Notes: generated by a model not told the origin, from the sequence alone. 64,000 nucleotides of DNA from Adineta vaga (GCA_021613535.1 CP075493.1:14322001-14386000); one strand, 5' to 3'. Positions 12,842-25,397 are shown, counted from the first letter of the stretch. A program made the numbers and translations.

Positions 12842-13802
12842 AATAGATGGATCAAACTATAATGACACTATTTACGCTCAGCTTTTCGAATTCATTTTAT
12901 TATTTCACATTTAGTTTTATTGACTAAAACGCGAAAATTTGTTTTTTTTAATAAAAGAATTTCATAAATAAAATGCTTACTGAATTGACAACTGAAATTT
13001 AAGAACGTTACGTTTGATATCTTGCTTCGATATCACACACATGTGTTTTCTCTTGCAATGTATTTTCAGTAAGATTTTGCAAATTCGTTAAATACAAAGA
13101 ATGATCGAGATCTGAATAGTTCAATTGTATCCATATCACCAGAAGAAATTACGTAAACAAATCATTATTTCGCGCATAGTAAGCGACTTATTTTTTCTTA
13201 TTCTATAGTATATTGATACATACTGTAAAGAAGAGTAGTTGCCCACGCAACTTGATATTTACCAAATCAAAGTGTACGAAAAGTCATTTCACTTTGTTAT
13301 TATAGCGATACTTATTTATATCAGGAAAGAAAAACAATCGCTGATATTTACACCAATTGGATAAAGAATTAATCATCTAACAGAACAGAACGAAGATGAA
13401 AAACAGTTTCCAATCAATAGATAGATAAACATATATTCTCTATCTTCATTCTCACGGAAATGAATCATTGATACAAAACATATATATATATATATTTATA
13501 TTGTTTAGATGACTCAGAGATAAATCTTTTCATATACTATAACTATTACATATGCATCTAATTCATTTGGTCAATAAAAGAACGTATGGGTTAAAAGAAT
13601 ATTCACACGCTCAAATGGTCAAGAAAAACTAGATGTCAGGAGGAGGGAGAGTAAGACTCTCATCAGAAAAAATTGAATACGAATAATGATCAAATTTTTA
13701 ATAATCATTGTTTATCGAGAATATACAGATTATAACTAAAATAAGTTTATAATAAATGAAGTCAAAATGTCCAGAGACAAGATAGTTGAAATAAAAATAA
13801 TA

Positions 13803-16800
13803 TTAAGCAAAAACATCGACACTATAACGATCAAGTGAAATTTCTTCCAGAATTTTACTCGCTTCTTCTTCATCAATTTGTTTCATTTCTGCAATGATCT
13901 TAATAAAACATGTTTTCACTGATGCACCTATTTTTCTAGCACTACCACATGTATAAAATCGTGCACCATTAGTATACAGTTTAGCAATCTCATTTCTATC
14001 TTCCCAAAGTAAATCTTGAACATATTTTTTATCATTAGGATGTTGACGAGAGAAAACATGTCGAATCTCTACGGCACCAAGTTTCGACCATTTATTCAAT
14101 TCATCTGAATACAAAAATTCTTCATGTGTTCGACATCCATAATAAAGAACCGTGCGTCCAATCTCTCTTCCACATACTAATTGAGCTGCTCTTTCTTGAA
14201 TAAATCCTCGAAATGGTGCTATTCCAGTTCCAGCAGCAATCATTACAATTGGTACTTTCGTATCTTCAGGTGGATGAAATCTAACATTACTTGCCCGAAC
14301 ACTACAACTGATTCGATCCGATGGTTTTAAATTTGAGAGATAATTTGAAGCAACACCATAGTATCGTCCAGATCCACTTAATGCTGGAGTATTAAGAACA
14401 TCAATTGTAAGTGTGACCGTACTAGAACTCCATAAAGGTGAAGATGAAATACTATATTGACGAATACGTAGTGCAGGAAGCATTCGAAGATATTGTGGAA
14501 ATGATAGTTCACATGACTGATATTGTTCAAGTATATCTAATATATTGATACGTTTACTAAGAATTTCATTTTCATAGGAATCTCCGATAAGATCTCTAAG
14601 ATTTATTTGTTCTTTTTCATTTTTACATAATTCGGCAAGAGTTTCAATTTGTTTCTTACTAATTGGTTGAGATAATTCAACATAACAATTTAATATATCA
14701 AATACACTAATTGGATAATTTGTTGGAAAGAATGTATCTGTTACAGAAACAATTTTCACGTACGTATCACCAGATAGACTAAATCGTTTAATAACTCGAG
14801 AAACAATTTCAATTGGATTTGTTGGTAAAACAGCAAGATAATCTCCAGTTCGATAAGTTTGTCCTTTGGGTAATTGAATTTCTAAATGTCGTTTCATAGG
14901 TGCAATATCATTAGCTTCAATTAAAATTTTATTCTGTAGAACAGTTCCAAAATCTGTTGTTTGTCCAAGATTTCTTGTTGGATTAACAATTTCAATTGAA
15001 AGTTTTTCATCACTAATCACATTTTGATCGCCAGTCTCTTTTCGCAATGCTCGAAACAGATGTTCTTTCCAAGTTTCAAATGCACCAAGAAAATCACCTG
15101 CAGCATCACCAGCACCACGTTCAATAATTCGTCTGCCACCAACAGTTTCAATCATTTGATCAATGTAAATCGGGATTTTTTGATACGTATCAATCCAATC
15201 ATGATGACCAGCTCCAAACACAGCATAATCAATGTTTAATGTAGGTTTAGATTCAAGATAAGTTACAAATTGTTTAGCATTTTCGCAAGGTTTACCTTCA
15301 TAAGAAGCAGTTATGATTATAATAGGTTGATCATTAGGAAGACGTTCGACAGCCGAATCCAGAGTAGTTACTGTCGCATTATAACCATAGAGAGGTGCTT
15401 CTGAAGCTAATGTATCTGCAAAAGATTGACAAGAACCAGAATTACTACCAAAAAGAATTGACATTGGTCGAAGATATTCTCTATTGACTTGTGCTTTGGT
15501 TTTTTCTGGTATTTTTTCTGATGATTTAATATTAGTATTAAGTATAGTTCCTACTTGTTGACGTGATCGAACTCGCATTTTGAATCCATCTGGTTTAACA
15601 GTTAATGTTTCTTTAATACGAAGATCATACGTTGGATCAACAAATTCAATATGAAAATGTTTAAGTATAAGTGCAAGAGCCAGAAGACTTTCTTGCCATG
15701 CAAATGGACGACCAATACAAGCTCTTTGACCATTACCAAATGGTTTCCATGAATTGGGTAGAAGCTTTTCGAATCCACCATTTAACATTCGTTCTGGAAG
15801 AAATTCTTCTGGTTTATCCCATACTGTTGGATCGCGATGTAATTGAGACAAAAGAACAAAGATCACATCGTTTTTGTGAACTAAATAACCGCCAGGCAGC
15901 ATAATATCATCTACTTTCGATTCTAAAGTAAATCCTGGTGCTGTCGGTTGTAAACGAAGTGTTTCCTTTAATATCGCATCAATATATTTTAATTTACTTA
16001 GTGTATCAACTGTAATTTCATTATACGAATCGACTTCTGCTTGTGCTTTTTGTAAAGCATGTGGATTTTTTAAAAGATAATAAATAGTAAATGAAAGAAG
16101 TCCAGATGTTGTTTCATGGCCAGCAATCAAAAAAGTAACCATTTGATAACGAATATTTTCATCAGATAATTGATAACCAGTTTCTGGATCTTTGCCATTT
16201 ATCATTCGATTGAGTAAATCATTCGCATCATTTGGATGTTCTCGTCTTTCCCTAACGATGTCATCACATATCTTATGGAGATATGCAATATCATCTGTGT
16301 AGCGGCGCGCAGTGTTTATCATCAGTAGATTTTGCAAAAAAAATCGTTCAGTACGTTTACCACTTTCAATAAGAACATTCACCATAGCATCAACAAAACG
16401 ATGCTTTCCTTGCTTATAGAAACTATTAAATCGATAATTAAAACTACATAAAGCAATTGTATCTAAAGTTAAGCGTGTTAAATTATCACAAACATCAATT
16501 TCTTCACCAGCAAATCGTTCCCATCGAAGAATCAGTTGTGAACAAATGTCCATCATAGCCGGAAACATATCTCGAATTGCTTGTGGTCCGAAAGCAGGCA
16601 TCAAAATTTTATGTGCAAGTTTCCAATTGATTTCTGACGAATATGCAGTAAAGAGTCCATCTCCAGCTACAGTTCTTAATTCCGCCAGGGCTTGACTGAT
16701 ATTTTTATCGAATTTTGATTCGTCACATACGAAATTGACTAATTCTTGACTAGATATGACCACAATATTTGTACTAAAAATAGCCACTCGATAAATATCA

Positions 16801-16910
16801 CCGTAAAGATTTTGCAGTCTTTTCAATGAGTCTATGCCATGATCAGGATCTAGCTCTTTTAGATTTCCAATCCAGAATATTTTTTGTGGCTGTGGAATTA
16901 ATTTGCTCAT
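13803..16910 (-). CDS. Self-sufficient cytochrome P450/NADPH-P450 reductase fusion (CYP102/BM3- or CYP505-like)
   Basis: Intronless 1035 aa. P450 motifs AGHETTS, ETLR, FLPER and FGNGQRACIG (heme Cys). FMN loop FGSNSGS, FAD motif RQYSISSSP, NADPH motif GTGIAPFRGF, C-terminal RYSVDVFA. Confidence 0.95.
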   Translation of the reverse strand: MSKLIPQPQKIFWIGNLKELDPDHGIDSLKRLQNLYGDIYRVAIFSTNIVVISSQELVNFVCDESKFDKNISQALAELRTVAGDGLFTAYSSEINWKLAHKILMPAFGPQAIRDMFPAMMDICSQLILRWERFAGEEIDVCDNLTRLTLDTIALCSFNYRFNSFYKQGKHRFVDAMVNVLIESGKRTERFFLQNLLMINTARRYTDDIAYLHKICDDIVRERREHPNDANDLLNRMINGKDPETGYQLSDENIRYQMVTFLIAGHETTSGLLSFTIYYLLKNPHALQKAQAEVDSYNEITVDTLSKLKYIDAILKETLRLQPTAPGFTLESKVDDIMLPGGYLVHKNDVIFVLLSQLHRDPTVWDKPEEFLPERMLNGGFEKLLPNSWKPFGNGQRACIGRPFAWQESLLALALILKHFHIEFVDPTYDLRIKETLTVKPDGFKMRVRSRQQVGTILNTNIKSSEKIPEKTKAQVNREYLRPMSILFGSNSGSCQSFADTLASEAPLYGYNATVTTLDSAVERLPNDQPIIIITASYEGKPCENAKQFVTYLESKPTLNIDYAVFGAGHHDWIDTYQKIPIYIDQMIETVGGRRIIERGAGDAAGDFLGAFETWKEHLFRALRKETGDQNVISDEKLSIEIVNPTRNLGQTTDFGTVLQNKILIEANDIAPMKRHLEIQLPKGQTYRTGDYLAVLPTNPIEIVSRVIKRFSLSGDTYVKIVSVTDTFFPTNYPISVFDILNCYVELSQPISKKQIETLAELCKNEKEQINLRDLIGDSYENEILSKRINILDILEQYQSCELSFPQYLRMLPALRIRQYSISSSPLWSSSTVTLTIDVLNTPALSGSGRYYGVASNYLSNLKPSDRISCSVRASNVRFHPPEDTKVPIVMIAAGTGIAPFRGFIQERAAQLVCGREIGRTVLYYGCRTHEEFLYSDELNKWSKLGAVEIRHVFSRQHPNDKKYVQDLLWEDRNEIAKLYTNGARFYTCGSARKIGASVKTCFIKIIAEMKQIDEEEASKILEEISLDRYSVDVFA

Positions 16911-17336
16911 AACGATTATTTATGTTATAAGAACTGAATCTAAATAAAAATAAATAAATAAACAACGCAATCCTTATGCATACTACTTTATCAAAGGTAC
17001 AGTTCATCGATAGAATCACTCTTGGCGAAACTAGAACAATCATTTCTCCTTGGTCATAAAAAAATCTGATCGACCAGCATAGAAATAAAGATTTTTCTAA
17101 TTGAATAGAGTGTCTGACATACTTTATGCTAACTCATTTTCATGTATTTACAAGATTATTCAAGTTTAAAGTAGAATTCTGCAGATATTCTTCAAACACA
17201 ACTTACTTGATATTGTATTGATCAAAGATTTGTTAATAATAATATTGTTTTTCGTTGTTTTATCAGATAGAATGAATTTCAGTACTTTTTCATTCTGTTT
17301 GTGCATCTTATATACAACATCTTAGTACGAAAAGTT

Positions 17337-17384
17337 CGTGCACAGTCTACGTGCACAGAATACGTACGCGGCGTACGTGCACAG
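17337..17384. promoter_or_regulatory. Cluster of three CGTGCACAG motifs with an embedded palindrome, between the divergent P450 and nuclear receptor genes
   Basis: CGTGCACAG at 17337; TACGTGCACAG at 17348 and 17374; ACGTACGC-G-GCGTACGT palindrome at 17362-17378. CpG-rich spot in AT-rich DNA. Function is inferred only. Confidence 0.35.
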
Positions 17385-17933
17385 CGAAGGCAACCAATAG
17401 CAGTTATTTTTCTTTTTCTTTTTCTTTTCTGTAAAAGTTATCTCAATCGACAACAAACACGTATAATAGGAAAAAGTACATTTATCAGTATCTATATACG
17501 GGCAAACATGATACGAAGATGAATAATAATTTAGGTGAATTTGAATGAATTGTCAAATATACTCTAAGATAGCAGGCTATAACGGTGAGCCTTACTGCAA
17601 ACTGGTTTTTCTTTCTTCATTTCTTCTAATCTGTCTCAATATATTATTGAAGGATGTTCCATGAATTTTCTACTTTAATTTACTTAGATTTCAGTCTTAC
17701 AGAATATTCTCGAAATCTGCATAGTGACTCACTAAATCGTCGTAGATTTTATATTCACACACAGAACAGCAAAGAAATGATGATAGCCATCAACATGGTT
17801 CTTTTTCTTATTTGTCGTCGGTAAACACAGAAAAATAAAGGTCACATTTTTGTATGAATTAAAGTATGCAATTTCTTTTATCGTTTTCGTATTACACTTG
17901 TAAAATAATTATTATTTTATTTTTGAAGAAAAA

Positions 17934-19797
17934 ATGGATGTTCACAACTCTGTTAGCAAAAGTCAAAAGACTAACATAATTGTTATGGCAGGAAACGATG
18001 AGACACTACAAAATCTTCTCTCTATTATTCAAAAGTCGACAAATTCTGGAGAATTAGCTGATTTAACAAGACATGTTGTAAGTGCTTTAAATCTACATCT
18101 ATATGAAAATCATGACATAATCATATTTTTTCAGATCATTGAATCTAATGAAAATGAAACAAAAGTATCATGTATACGTCGTAAAGCTGATCTGACTTGT
18201 ATGATATGTGAAGATAAATGTTCTGGATACAATTTCAAAGTAATTTCCTGTGGTTCATGTAAATCTTTCTTTCAACGAAATGCATCTAATAATGTGGTAA
18301 ATCGTTAGTGCTCTCGTGTGCCTTCCAGTTTTAAACTTCATGATTTTAATATCTCCTCTTTGTAGAACGATCTAAAATGTTTAACTAATACTAACAAATG
18401 TAATATAAAATTTACAAATAGACGTCGTATATGTAGACGTTGTCGACTAGAAAAATGTCTGACAGTCGGTAAGCGTGTATTTCAGTTATGATTGAAAGAT
18501 AGGACAAATAAAAATGCATCTTTTCCTGTATTTCATAGGTATGAAATGGAATTCTTCTGCGAACGAAGAAAAGTTAAACAAACAACGGCAGCTAGAGGAA
18601 AACAGACGATCAACGAAGAATGTATCTACTACTCTTACGCAGACAAGTTTTACAGATGTATCTCCTCAGGAGAATGAATATCTAATGGACGAATCAATAA
18701 CAGTATTGGAGTCGCAAAACGTGAGCATTTCTTACGACATACTCTAGATTTGTTTTAGAGCTGTTCCGACTGCAGAAGAAAAGTCTGAAAAGTGTATTAT
18801 CATCTATCCGACTTTTTTTCAAACGAACAAAATACGTTTTCATAAATCTGCACAGATGTATCTTTGAGCAGAAATACTACCTCGGAAAACTTTTATTTAA
18901 ACACTAAAAAAAAGATTCGAATTTTCTTTGTATTATCTATATTTATTATTTAAGAATTCCACTACGGACCAACTTCAGATTGCTCAGGTGTTTACTGATC
19001 AACAAGCCATGTTACCTATACAAAGTCTTTTTCTTACTCATGACGATTACGATCGTATCAACTTAGTCAAGTTTTCCAATGAGAAGGCTTTTCGACTCAC
19101 AACAGGCAAACGTGATGTATCTGCTTTCGATCAGATAATCGATCAACGTTCAGCTTTGCTCTATTCAATGTCCGTTTCTTATGATATGGGTATACAACTG
19201 ATGACTTTTATTCGAAATATTCCTGAGTTCGAATCACTTCATGAGCATGATCGTTTTATCTTATTTAAATACAATTCTCCTTTAGTATTCTTTATGCATT
19301 TATGTTTGAATTATGATGCAAATAGAGATCTGGTATTTGATCCAGAAGTAGAAAGTGAAGAATATGCTGCCGCATGCAAACAACTGACATCGTTTTGCTA
19401 TGGGGAACAATTATATTTACAATTCTATCAACTGTTGCGTTCGATCAAGAAGATTGCTGACAATGATCCAATTATTATGCAGCTAATGACGATTATCTTG
19501 ATGTTTACCAGAAGTGTCTCCGATGAAGATATTCTAGCGTCCCAAGAGTTAATCCTTAAGAACAGTAAACAGGTATTTGAGGCACAATCGATCTATACGG
19601 ACCTACTATTTCGCTATATGATGGAAAAATATACGATCTATCAACAAGTAGTACGTCAATATTCGCAACTAATACAGAAGACGATTCAAATGCAAATGTT
19701 AGCACAAAATTACCAAAAGTTTTTACAGGAACAATTGGTTTCCACAAGAGACGAAGAAATTAATCCTATTATGAAGTCAATCTTACGTTTGCATTGA
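17934..19797 (+). CDS. Nuclear hormone receptor (probably NR1-type), spliced
   Basis: C4 fingers CMICEDKCSGYNFKVISCGSCKSFFQR and KCLTNTNKC...RRICRRCRLEKCLTVGM. LBD signature FIRNIPEFESLHEHDRFILFK. Introns at 18078-18134 (probable), 18297-18365, 18469-18538 and 18721-18954 keep the frame. Confidence 0.9.
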
Positions 19798-20554
19798 CAG
19801 CCATTCAAAATCAGCAGTTTCTACACTTAATTTCTGTATTTTTTATGAAATTTCTACGTATAAACTATGTTTGCAAAGGTTAACGTAGGTTGTGAGAGTG
19901 AATGAATTCTAGTTAATTTACAATGCGTTCGATCTTCACTTAAGGGATCCATGATGAATCAATCTAACGCATATTTTAATGCCTTTTGATTCAACAGATA
20001 CTTTTAAAGCATTGACTATTTTGTCATGTATTCACTCATATATTGATTAAAATAATACTATTGAAGGACTAACAACATTCATTATGGTTTCTATGGTGGT
20101 TCAGTCATTATTTGTCGATTGATTGCTTTATCTATAATCAAAAGAATATGTCGCACAAATCGAAGAATCACTTCGATAACAAACTAATCTTTTCTTTTCT
20201 TAGTTAGATAGATTCTTTGGAAATAAGTTCTATATAATTTATTATACTTAATGCGTTTGTAGTCTTTCTATCTTTGTATGAAATACAAAAAATGTTTTAT
20301 TTTAAAATTTAATTACTAACTTGAAAGTCACTATCGGTCTAGAATCCGATTCACACTCCACATATTCTCATCCTCATGCTCGTAAGATGATCACTAGCGC
20401 CTATTATCTTTGAATTTGGATATAATTTTATTGGTCGTCATTATTCTTTGTTTCTGTCGTCCTTTCTTCTCGACCATCGATATAACTGAAGTAAAGTGTC
20501 TATCGAAAGACTGCGTGTATGTAGTTTTTTGTATTCTTTCAGATAATTTGGTAG

Positions 20555-23500
20555 ATGAATTTAACAGTGCATAATCAGTATGAAAGTGAATCAAAAACGA
20601 GTACAGTTATATTATTTCTTTCATTTTCTGTATTATCATCATGTATATGTAAAATTATCTTTTCCAAATTTTTAAAAAACAAAATCCCACTCCCATTTAC
20701 AGTTGCTGTTCTTCTACTTGGCTTTCTCATTGATATTATTGCAACACAAGTGAATTCTATCAATAATAATTTTCTACATGGTGAACTACAATTAAGTCAA
20801 ATAAATCCTCATTTAATGTATTATATTTTTCTTCCATTATTAATATTTGATTCATCATTTAATGGTCATTTTCATGTTATTAAACAACAGTTAATTCCAG
20901 CTATTCTCCTAGCTGGTCCTGGTGTATTGATTTCAACAGGAATCATTGCAGTATGTGGAATTTATATCTTTTCATACAATTGGTCATGGTTAACAGGTCT
21001 TATGTTTGGAAGTATTTTAAGTGCAACAGATCCAATTGCTGTTGTCGCTTTATTACATGATTCTGGTGCAAGTAAATCATTAGCTTCATTAATTGATTCA
21101 GAATCTTTATTAAATGATGGTTCTGCATTTGTGATATTTATTATATTTCATGATATTATCGTCAATGGAAATCATAGTGCAAGAAAAATTCTCGTTGATA
21201 TCGTAAAATATAGTATTGGTAAATAAGATAAACTATGTTGATTAGAAAATCTATATAAATATGACTTTAGGTGGTCCGGTATTTGGTTTAATTTGTGGAA
21301 TAATAAGTGTTTTTATACTCAATCGAATTAATAATGAACTTGAAATTGAAATAACATTTACATTTGGTCTTGCTTATCTTATATTTTATGTTTCGGATGT
21401 TGAATTAGGTGTATCAGCTGTACTCACTCTTGTTACAATGGGTTTATATATGAGTAAATATAAATATTGTATAAGTAGTAATGTTCAACCTGCTATGGCA
21501 AGTGCTTGGAGAATAGCAACTTATTTCATTAATATTCTTATATTTACTGTTACGGGAATTATTTTAGCAAGATCATTTATTGGTACAGCGACGAATATTT
21601 CTGCTAAAGATTTTGGATTTTCAATTATTCTCTACATTATGATTCATATTGGTCGAATCGTGACAATTGTTATCTTATACCCATTAATAAAATGTTCGGG
21701 TGTATGTTTATCATGGAAAGATTGTATTGTTTTAATTTGGAGTGGTTTACGTGGTAGTATGTCACTTATATTAGTCTTAATTGTTAGTTTAGATACAAAA
21801 ATTGATATTATAACACGTCATCGTTTTCTCTTTCATATATCAATGATTGTATTACTTACTTTAATTATTAATGGAACAAGTAGTAAATATTTAGTACGAA
21901 TCCTAGGTTTACATCATGGTAATTCTCTTGTATAGATAGATTTTCTCAATAAATTCTAGTATAAATTTCTTTTCAAGGTACAAAAGAAAGTGAAATTGTT
22001 CTTTTACAAGCACTTGAACATGTCCGACGACAAACTTCATGGAAATTATTAAAAATGAAAGAAGATGAAAAATTTACTGATGTCGATTGGAGAAATCTAA
22101 ATGAATATTTACCCGATAAATTATTAGAAGAATTAGATGAAGAAAATAATACAAATTATCATCGACAATTATCAACAACAACAACAGCAGCTAATGATAC
22201 TTCTTTCATATATAATCAACAATCTTTTCATCGAGATATTCCTGAATTACCCACAAGTTCAAACTTAATCGTACCGATCATTGATATTGTTTATTCTTCC
22301 GATAATCGACATGAGGAAAATATTCGAAATGAATTGATCATACGTTTTCTAACTGCTATGTCAATTGATTATGAAAAACAATGGTATCTCGGAATGATTC
22401 GTCGAAAGACACTTAATATTCTAATTAAATCAGTTGAACAAGCTAAACAAAAATGTTCACTTGGACTTCATTGGAAATTGATTCTCGAAAATTTTCGATT
22501 AACATTCTTTCTTCAATATTTAATTCATTTCGATTATTTTCATTTAATTAATCAATGGACAAATCAATTATTTTTCAATCATATTTTTCAAACAATTGAA
22601 TTAACTTTAAGTAAATTATAAAGTTTATAGAACAATCCTATCATTTATACACATATATCTTCTTTTGTATAGGTTTTCATGCGGCAAAAACTCGTTTGGA
22701 TAATATTCGATTACAATTTCCTGAACTATGTAATCTAAATGAACGAATTATGAGTGAAGTATGTGAAGAAGTGAAAATGTATCAATTAAATGCCATGTAT
22801 ATTCTTTTGGATTTAAAACAATCATATCGTTTATGTTGGATTATTCAAATGACAAGACGATGTGCACAAATGCTTTTAAAATATGAATCAATTACAATAA
22901 TTCAATTGTATGAAACTGGAATACTTGCCGAAAATGAATATTCACATATATTAGAATTGATTGAAAAGAAATTGTTTAATCTTGAATATGGAAATATTCA
23001 AATGTTTGGAAATCGAAAGAAAATATTAGAAAAACCATTGGATTTATTATCTTATTTTCAAGAACTTTCTTTGATAGAAAAACTTCAATGGGAAATACGG
23101 TTAAAATCAGGACATCGTTGGTTTCAACCGGGAACGAATCTATTAGAAAAAAATCAACGAGTTACATGTGCTTATTGGATTATTCGTGGAATTGTTCAAT
23201 GTCAAGATAAAACAATGACTACATATTATAAATGTGGAGATATTATAGGAATTGATGCATTATTTAATGACAAATCTTTAGCTTATGATACTTATCATGC
23301 AAATAGTGGACTTGTAGAAACATATTTAATTGATTCAGTTATATTACATGATTTATTATCCGATGAAAAACTATCTCGTTTAATTTATGATGAAATAGCA
23401 GTTCATACGATGATGAATCATTTTCGAAAATCAATTAATTTAACTCATTCACAATTCAAAATGTTATTAAATGAAAAATCGAAATTTTATAAGAAGAAAT

Positions 23501-23931
23501 CAGATCTTTTCATTGAACTTCAATTAAATCAACGAGTATTTCTCTTATCTGGAACAATTAATCGTTATTTAAATAATAAACAACAGATAACATATAATTC
23601 CATAGATTTAATTCTAATAGATTCTCCAACAATCTATAAATTAAATCCATCGAGTATTATTTATACATGGACATATGATGATGAAAGATATTATTTAAAT
23701 TTAAAAAAATCTCAAATTCATTGTTTAACCAATGATAATAAAGATATGAATTCTACTGAACCATTTTATCCACTCTATTCAGGTGATTCAATTGAATTTA
23801 CTCCACGACGACATTCATCATCAATAACACGTCCAATTGAAAATATCAATAATTTGCAATTTATTCCAACAGAAATCGATGCTAATGATGAACATGATAT
23901 TCCACAGGAATTTTCTTCATTTATAAAATGA
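20555..23931 (+). CDS. CPA1 Na+/H+ exchanger of the SOS1/SLC9C type with a C-terminal cyclic-nucleotide-binding-like domain, four exons
   Basis: Motifs IFLPLLIF, SATDPIAVVALL, ESLLNDG and WSGLRG. Introns 21219-21270, 21919-21977 and 22611-22672 join four ORFs. CNBD-like segment FQPGTNLLEKNQ...YWIIRGIV...GDIIG. Confidence 0.9.
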
Positions 23932-24548
23932 TGTAAATATAACTACGGACTATATATAATACTCTCATTCTTCTTCATTGGGATATGTTATTCGAAAAAG
24001 ATTATAAATAAAATGTTTGAAAAACATAAGTCGCTATTTATTATAGTGGATAAGTGTGTCTGATTGACGTCGAATGAAATAATGAATTATTGATATCGAT
24101 AGAAGGAGTAATAGAGAAATGTATTGAATTTGTTCTGTATTTGAAGTAATTTAGAATATCTATTGAGCTGTAATTATAGCTATGGAATTATAATGAAAAG
24201 CTTTTTATTTACATATCATCGATAATATCATGTAGGTAGATGAGAAGATTTCTATCACTCAACGAAGTAAGATTAATAAAAGTGGTGTTTATCATCTTCT
24301 CTGTAAAACAAACTATAGGTTTGAAAATTGAAAGTGATTTATCACGTATTTGGGATGACATTTATAACAAAAACAGCTATTTTATGCTCTTTTGTTCGTT
24401 TTAATCAATAAATTTGATATTTGCGAAGGTAATTGGATTGATGGGAGATAGAAGCTGATGTGGGAAATAGATAACCTTTTACTAAAATTAAATTCTCTTC
24501 CAATATAAAAATACAATTCTTCGACAAATAGCAAGGTTAGTGTGAATC

Positions 24549-25397
24549 ATGGATCATCGTCGTTTACAGTCTATTCTTTTCAATCTTCGACATCGTCTTA
24601 CTGATAATGATCGAAAACGTCTTCATTTCTATCTTGGTAAAGTTGATGTACGAAGAATTCAAGATCATCCAACACTTTCTGGAACTCTCAATCTTATTGG
24701 ATCTCTTATTGATCAAGATAGAATTAATAATAAAGATTTCAATTATCTTATCAATGCACTTGATGAGATTCATTGTTCTGATGCTGTAAACTTCTTACGA
24801 AGTAAATTCATTAATTTTCTTTGATAAACTGTTAACAGTCTCTATGATTAGAGTATCAAAAAGGTACGAATCAGTTCAATCGATCAATGCATAGTCTATC
24901 AAAAATTATGCCGCCTTTACGATTGAATCATTCACAATCATGTAAGAAAACGAACAGAATCATCCGATATTCTGATTTCATATCAACTTGAATTTAGTGA
25001 GACTTCATCGAGATGCTAATAGTTATAACAAAACAACGGGCATTTCCAAAAAGAAATGTTCTTTTCTATTCGTTCTATTATGTCTTATTATAAATGGATT
25101 ATTATTATTTTTCTCTCTGTCGTGCAATATCAAATTTCGTCACTTCGAAGAAGATAATCTTAGAATTATGAAAGTAATAAAAGAAATGGAATCAAATCAA
25201 CATGTAAATTCTGTGAACTTGAATCAATCCGAGAAGAAATTGAAAATATTCGAAGGTAAGAAAACATGCTCAAATTTCTTTCTAAGAATAAATATTCGAA
25301 TAACTCCAAGGGTTGGCAGACAACATATTTCACGTATTTCGTAGATGACAAAAAGTACAATCATATGTTTGCAACGGAACTATGGATGTGCACTTAA
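24549..25397 (+). CDS. Death-effector-domain-like + single-TM type II membrane protein, four exons
   Basis: Exons 24549-24801, 24852-24941, 24998-25255 and 25345-25397 splice in frame with GT-AG introns. N-terminus is DED-like (RLTDNDRKRLHFYL...LIDQDRINNKDFNYLINALDEIHCSDAVNFLR). TM segment SFLFVLLCLIINGLLLFFSLSC. Confidence 0.7.

Noticed and set aside
13479-13500. (AT)n tract, and similar short tracts near 40142, 48267 and 53779
   Set aside because: Ordinary short microsatellites.
18078-18134. Read-through segment VSALNLHLYENHDIIIFFQ as protein sequence
   Set aside because: It has a GTAAGT donor, a TTTTTTCAG acceptor and typical 57-bp length, so it is most likely a stop-free 3n intron.
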